Positions 59,642 to 64,000 of a stretch of DNA of 64,000 nucleotides are shown here, piece after piece. The stretch is from Takakia lepidozioides. Lineage: Eukaryota > Plantae > Bryophyta. The DNA lies in contig CM060734.1 of NCBI GenBank assembly GCA_030704615.1, positions 682,001-746,000 of the forward strand. Reading direction: 5' to 3'. Made by a program: the position numbers and the translations under genes. Under the pieces are notes generated by a model. It did not search any database. It had not been told where the DNA came from and was given only the letters and a program-made list of their open reading frames with translations. The first letter of the stretch is position 1, and every line of letters starts with the position of its first letter.

Positions 59642-60625
59642 AGTGCACATCTATGATTTGTAGAGCCCCAACAGGGACTCCAGCCCCAACTTTCACAGGG
59701 TTGTTCGTCCCCACAGCAATAGGTTCTGCTTTTCCCACGGCTATAGGCTCCGCTTTCATTCTATGCTCACGCTTAAGAAATGTGTTCACACTTAGGAAAT
59801 CTGCTCACGCTTAACGAAGTCTGCTCACACTTAATCTGCTAAGAGTGAGCGCGTTCACGCGCTAGCTTCTCTCATCTTTAAATGAGTTTCACTGTCAGTT
59901 CATCCAATAGCTGCCAGCTCAGCGTTTGCATTATCATTTGTTCCTATATTCATCGAATAGTTGCCAGCAAGGCGTTTGTGTATCATTCGTTGAAATAATA
60001 CAGTTGTTTTGTTTCACTAACCTTAACTAGCAGTCGATTAGTTTACTGTTAATCTACTGGATCAGTGAAACAGTAGTTAAATATTTTTACTACTTATTAT
60101 CCTCATACTTAACACTGCGACCTAGCAACCCTAAATTCGAGCACATTCATCCTAATTCATCCTAGTTCACTCATCCTAATTCATCATAATCATTCATTCA
60201 TCCATTCATTCTTTCATTCACAGGGTGTGGCTTAGTGCCCGCGAGCAATGATATGTTGACACGTCGTCATTTGCAATCACATCCTGCATATATTTCATCC
60301 ATTTATGTTTGCATTGTCCACGTAGACATTCCTTGGGCAACCGGCAATCGCCGCGTGCAGTCGTGAATACTGGCAGTCATACATTCACATGCCCACGTCA
60401 TAATGTTGCATTTTTGGCCATGACTCCTAGTCGTATCTACCATCTTCCCCTATCTGGTCAAATGTGTTTGACCGCAGATCCTGACGTGGCGGAGGTACAA
60501 GGTGGTATATACGACTTTTGGTGGTCACATATGGCAACCAAGACTGCCCGTTGCATTTTGTAGACATATATGCTACGACTGGGCAAATGTGGCAGCCGTT
60601 AAAGCCTGGATGTGTTGTAGTGCAT

Positions 60626-60938
60626 CTGTCATCACTGTCATGCGGAAGGGCATGTGAAATCCGAGTGTCCAGTTTTACTTAATGCTAGTATTCCCTTACG
60701 TGTTTCTAACTCCTCCGGTGGGCTGCCTGTCTCTCAGACTTTGGAAACAGATACCTCCAGAAAAAGGAATGATATGTCCCCCCCAATTCCTCCTCCTGCC
60801 AAGAGAAGTCGTGGTGACACCGCTCTCTCCCCTTCTCTCTATCCTCTCCTATCGTCCTCGTGTCTCATATCATCTCTCCTATCGTCCTCGTGTCTCATAT
60901 CATGTCCCCCTCTCTCCCCTCAGATGGGGATTGTATAA
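60626..60938 (+). pseudogene. L1 ORF1 3-prime part starting with a CCHC zinc knuckle
   Basis: CHHCHAEGHVKSECP immediately after the CACTA right end and TSD. Confidence 0.75.
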
Positions 60939-62104
60939 GCGGATGATGTACCCGCTATCTTCCCTCTCTCCTGTCCATGGGAACCAAACTTGCTACCTTC
61001 TGTCTCCAATTAAATTCCTTCGTGGATGTTGGTCTTGCTGATGCTATCCATCTGGTTGGGTCAAAGTCTGTCGCAATTAAAATTTCACAAATTATTTTGG
61101 TTTCCCAGAAGGGTCCCCCTCAATTGTCCTCTCTGGGGTAAAACAACTTTTCTTCTGCTTGGATCACTAAAAAGGACATTCTTTCGCTCAGTCCGGGAAA
61201 AGAACTCGAGCTTGTCCTTTCTAAAATCAGGCACATCTTCTCCTCTTCTCTCCCCTACTTTCAGCTCTCCTATGATACTTCCATATACTTTGGTTCTCGT
61301 ATCTATCAATCCACCTCCAATAGTCACCTCTTCTTCATTCAAGTCTTGCCCATCATGAGGCTTACTGATGTCAAGGGGGAGTCTGCAGGCCCTTCCTCCT
61401 TCACTTGGATTGAGGGGAGCGAGGTCCCTCTCAACCTCGGCAACTCAGCAAGCAGGCCCTTTCTGGTTGCAACTTATGTGGCGGGCAAGATGTTGGTCGA
61501 TGCCCTCATGTCTTCGTAGAAGTATACTCGCAACCCAAAAACTTGATCTCTCTCAGACGACCAGCTGACCCTGATTCTGGCGCCAACCTCGGAGAATCCT
61601 TCTATTTCCTTGGCCCCCATGGACTTGGCAATCTCCTCGACCCCTGTGGTGAGCCCTGACTCACTCTCTCTTCCCCTCTTCCTTTACTATGTGGATCTGC
61701 CCAAGTCTTCATGTTGTGTGCTGATTGATGATATGCAAGAAGGAACCTCTTGGGATTTGCCCTCCTTGTCATTTCCAAAATACACTTCTGCTTCCTGCGC
61801 TTTGAGTTTCATTGCCAACTTCTTGGGTATTCCCTCACTGATGTCTGAAATTTCTCCACCTTCCAAGGGCCTCTTCCCTTGAGGAGGATCATAATTCTGC
61901 TTCTTCGTCTGATATGGTCTCGCTCTGGATTGTGAAATGCCAAAAAGTGCCTGCTCCTAGTGGCTTCAGATGGACCTTATCGACGCTTCCAACTGATCCA
62001 CGTTTGAAGTTCGATGTCTCCCCGGAAGCTTTTTCCCCCCCCCATGAGTTGGAGCCTATCCACAACGTGGAACTTAGGGGGAAGCTTTTTCCCCCCCCCA
62101 TGAG

Positions 62105-64000
62105 TTGGAGCCTATCCCCAACGTGGAACTTAGGGGGATCGGCTCAGAGGCCTCCACTCCTAAAAGACGTAGGCTTCAGCTTTGGGCTGCTTCTCTTCTC
62201 TCATCCAATTACATTCTGTTTTTACAAGAACACAAACTAGATAGTAGGAAGATCTCCTCTCTAGGACACTCTATCTGGCCCCCCAATTCTTCCTGGTGGA
62301 ATCCAACGATTGTTGATACCAGGGGTGGCACTGCTATTCTTATCTCTCCCTCCCTTGCCTCATCCTTCAACAAGGTTGAGACCTGGATCCCTGGGAGAGT
62401 CCAATGTGCTTTTACGTCTCCTTCCTCCACCTTTGGGTCTTGTGCCTTCCTTAATATCTATGCGCCCAATTCTGCTGCTGAGCGTGTTGAATTCTGGTCT
62501 TCTCTTCGTTCTAAAATTCTTCAGTTTCCCTTGGTCTCTAACTGGGTCCTGGCTGGCGACTTTAACATGGTTGAGAGTCCGCTTGACAGACTGCGTTCTT
62601 TCCCTGTTGATGGACTTACTGCCTGGGACAGTCTTTGCTTTTCTGTGGGTTTCTCTGATATCTTCCCCCTGGATTCCACTGCTCTCCGCTTCACCTGGAC
62701 TAATAATCGGGGAGCAGACGATCTGAGTATGGCCAGACTTGACAGGGTTTACTGCTCCCCCGCCATTGCCTCTTGGGCCAAATCTGTCCCCCTTCCCCCG
62801 ATCCTCCCTGACTTCGATCATGCTCTAGTTACCATGGTCTTCCGTCCCCCTGGGTTGCATGCTAAGGGTCGTAGTTTCTTCAAGTTAAATCCCTCGTTGT
62901 TGAAATTCCCTTCCTTACTTCATCAAATTGCTACTGCATGGAAAGAGGCTGGCCTTTCTTTTTCCTCCCCCACTCTCAGGTTCCTTGTCAAGCTTTCTGC
63001 CGCCAGAAAAGTGGCTCAAGAACTTTCTAGGAAAGTGGCCCTGGACAAGGTGACTAAAGAAAAGGCTCTTCTCAAATGTATCTCCCACTGTCAATGGCTA
63101 ATTGAATCAGGTGCCGTAGGCCCAGTGACTTTTGAGACTTTCAACTCTGCCAAAAGAAATCTGGCCGATTTGCGCAGCCTCAAAGAGCTAAACCTCAAGA
63201 GGAAAGCCGGGGTCAACTGGTCCTTGAAAGGAGAGAAAATGTCGGCCTACTTTTTCCAAAAATGAAGCAAAGGCAGGCGGCTTCCTCCATTTTCTCTCTT
63301 AAAGATGAATTTGACCAGTTACATACGGCTCCTAAGTCTATGGCAGCCTTAGCTGCTACAGGTCTGTTCGCCAGGGCTGCCCCCTGGCCCCTTTTCTTTT
63401 CTTGATTGCGGCTGATACCTTGGGCCACCTTCTTGACTCTAATTCTGGAGTGCAGAGCCTCAGGATTCCCCGCTCTCTCCCTACTTCCCCCACTATAAAA
63501 TCATCTATGTATGCTGATGATACCGTGCTCCTCATTGACAATGCTTCTTCTTCGAATGTATGTAATACCTTGGAAGTTCTCAACTCCTTCTGCAAGGCGT
63601 CTGGACTTAAGGTGAATTGCCCTAAGACGGTGGGTATTCTCTCCAAAGTCCTTCCTTCTGCTTCCCTTTCTCACTGTGATCCTTAGGGACAGGATGTGGG
63701 TCTCCGCTGGCTTGCAGACGGGCAAGCTCACACCTTGCTTGGTCACCTCATAGGCCATAACCTAACTGACCAACAAAGATGTGATGTTGTGCTTGCTAAC
63801 CTTAAGAGACAGCTCTCTTACTGGAGCTCTCTACACTTGTCAATTGTTGGGCGTGCATTGGTGGTCAATCAGGTACACCTTGCTTCCTGTTGGTTCTCGG
63901 CTGCTGTCTGGTCTCCTGGTTCTCAGATCATCAATCAGTTCAAAGCCCCTGGAAAACTTTCTCTGGGGTGCCTCCCCTGCTGCTCCAAAACGAAGGGCTT
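62105..64000 (+). pseudogene. L1 ORF2: AP endonuclease and internally deleted reverse transcriptase
   Basis: ILFLQEHK, NIYAPN, LAGDFN, FTW, RLDRVY, DH; then a jump near 63355 to VRQGCPLAPFLF, YADD, SGLKVN..KT and LSIVGRALVVN; stops and frameshifts. Confidence 0.92.

Larger units (their letters stand above)
24246..60237. mobile_element. Mutator-like (MULE) DNA transposon carrying a ParB-like/amino-methyltransferase cargo gene; ends approximate
   Basis: Divergent transposase and cargo genes. Diverged inverted similarity between 24246-24550 and 59700-60237 (C(A/G)CTAAG ends, GGATGAATG tracts, TTTAAAG..GCTAG, repeated CGTGAGC, ACCTATT..GTGGG.ACGA). No TSD found. Confidence 0.6.
11543..60622. mobile_element. 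CACTA/EnSpm-type DNA transposon, non-autonomous, 49 kb including nested insertions (core about 6 kb)
   Basis: Left end CACTACAACAGATTCCAGCTTTTACGGCTGC; reverse complement of right end CACTACAACACATCCAGGCTTTAACGGCTGC; 3-bp TSD CAT (11540-11542, 60623-60625); related subterminal repeats at both ends; removal rejoins L1 ORF1. Confidence 0.85.

Overview
Eukaryotic land-plant DNA, probably a moss or other seed-free plant (spliceosomal introns, PLS-type PPR fragments, tRNA-iMet primer-binding sites). It is almost entirely a nested transposon pile, with a 500-N gap at 57949-58448. Outermost is an L1 LINE whose ORF1 is split by a 49-kb CACTA element (11543-60622, imperfect ~30-bp TIRs, 3-bp TSD CAT). 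The CACTA has no recognisable transposase of its own and carries host gene fragments (PPR, Sec13). Inside it lies a Mutator-like element (about 24246-60237) with two head-to-head genes: a transposase with a GCM/WRKY-like zinc domain, and a spliced gene for a ParB-like domain fused to a beta-class (N6A/N4C-type) DNA methyltransferase. Two introns of that gene hold 15 copies of a 22-bp palindrome. An intron of the transposase contains a Ty3/gypsy retrotransposon whose polyprotein has a DNMT3-like C5-cytosine methyltransferase between protease and RT and a PHD finger on the integrase. Three copies of a Galadriel-like chromovirus are inserted at different levels. The first 10 kb holds an LRR (SERK/LRP-type) pseudogene, a TTAA/CCC piggyBac-like MITE, a Tourist-like MITE and a long hairpin. 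Nearly all coding regions are disrupted. Family assignments come from motif recognition by eye, not from database searches.
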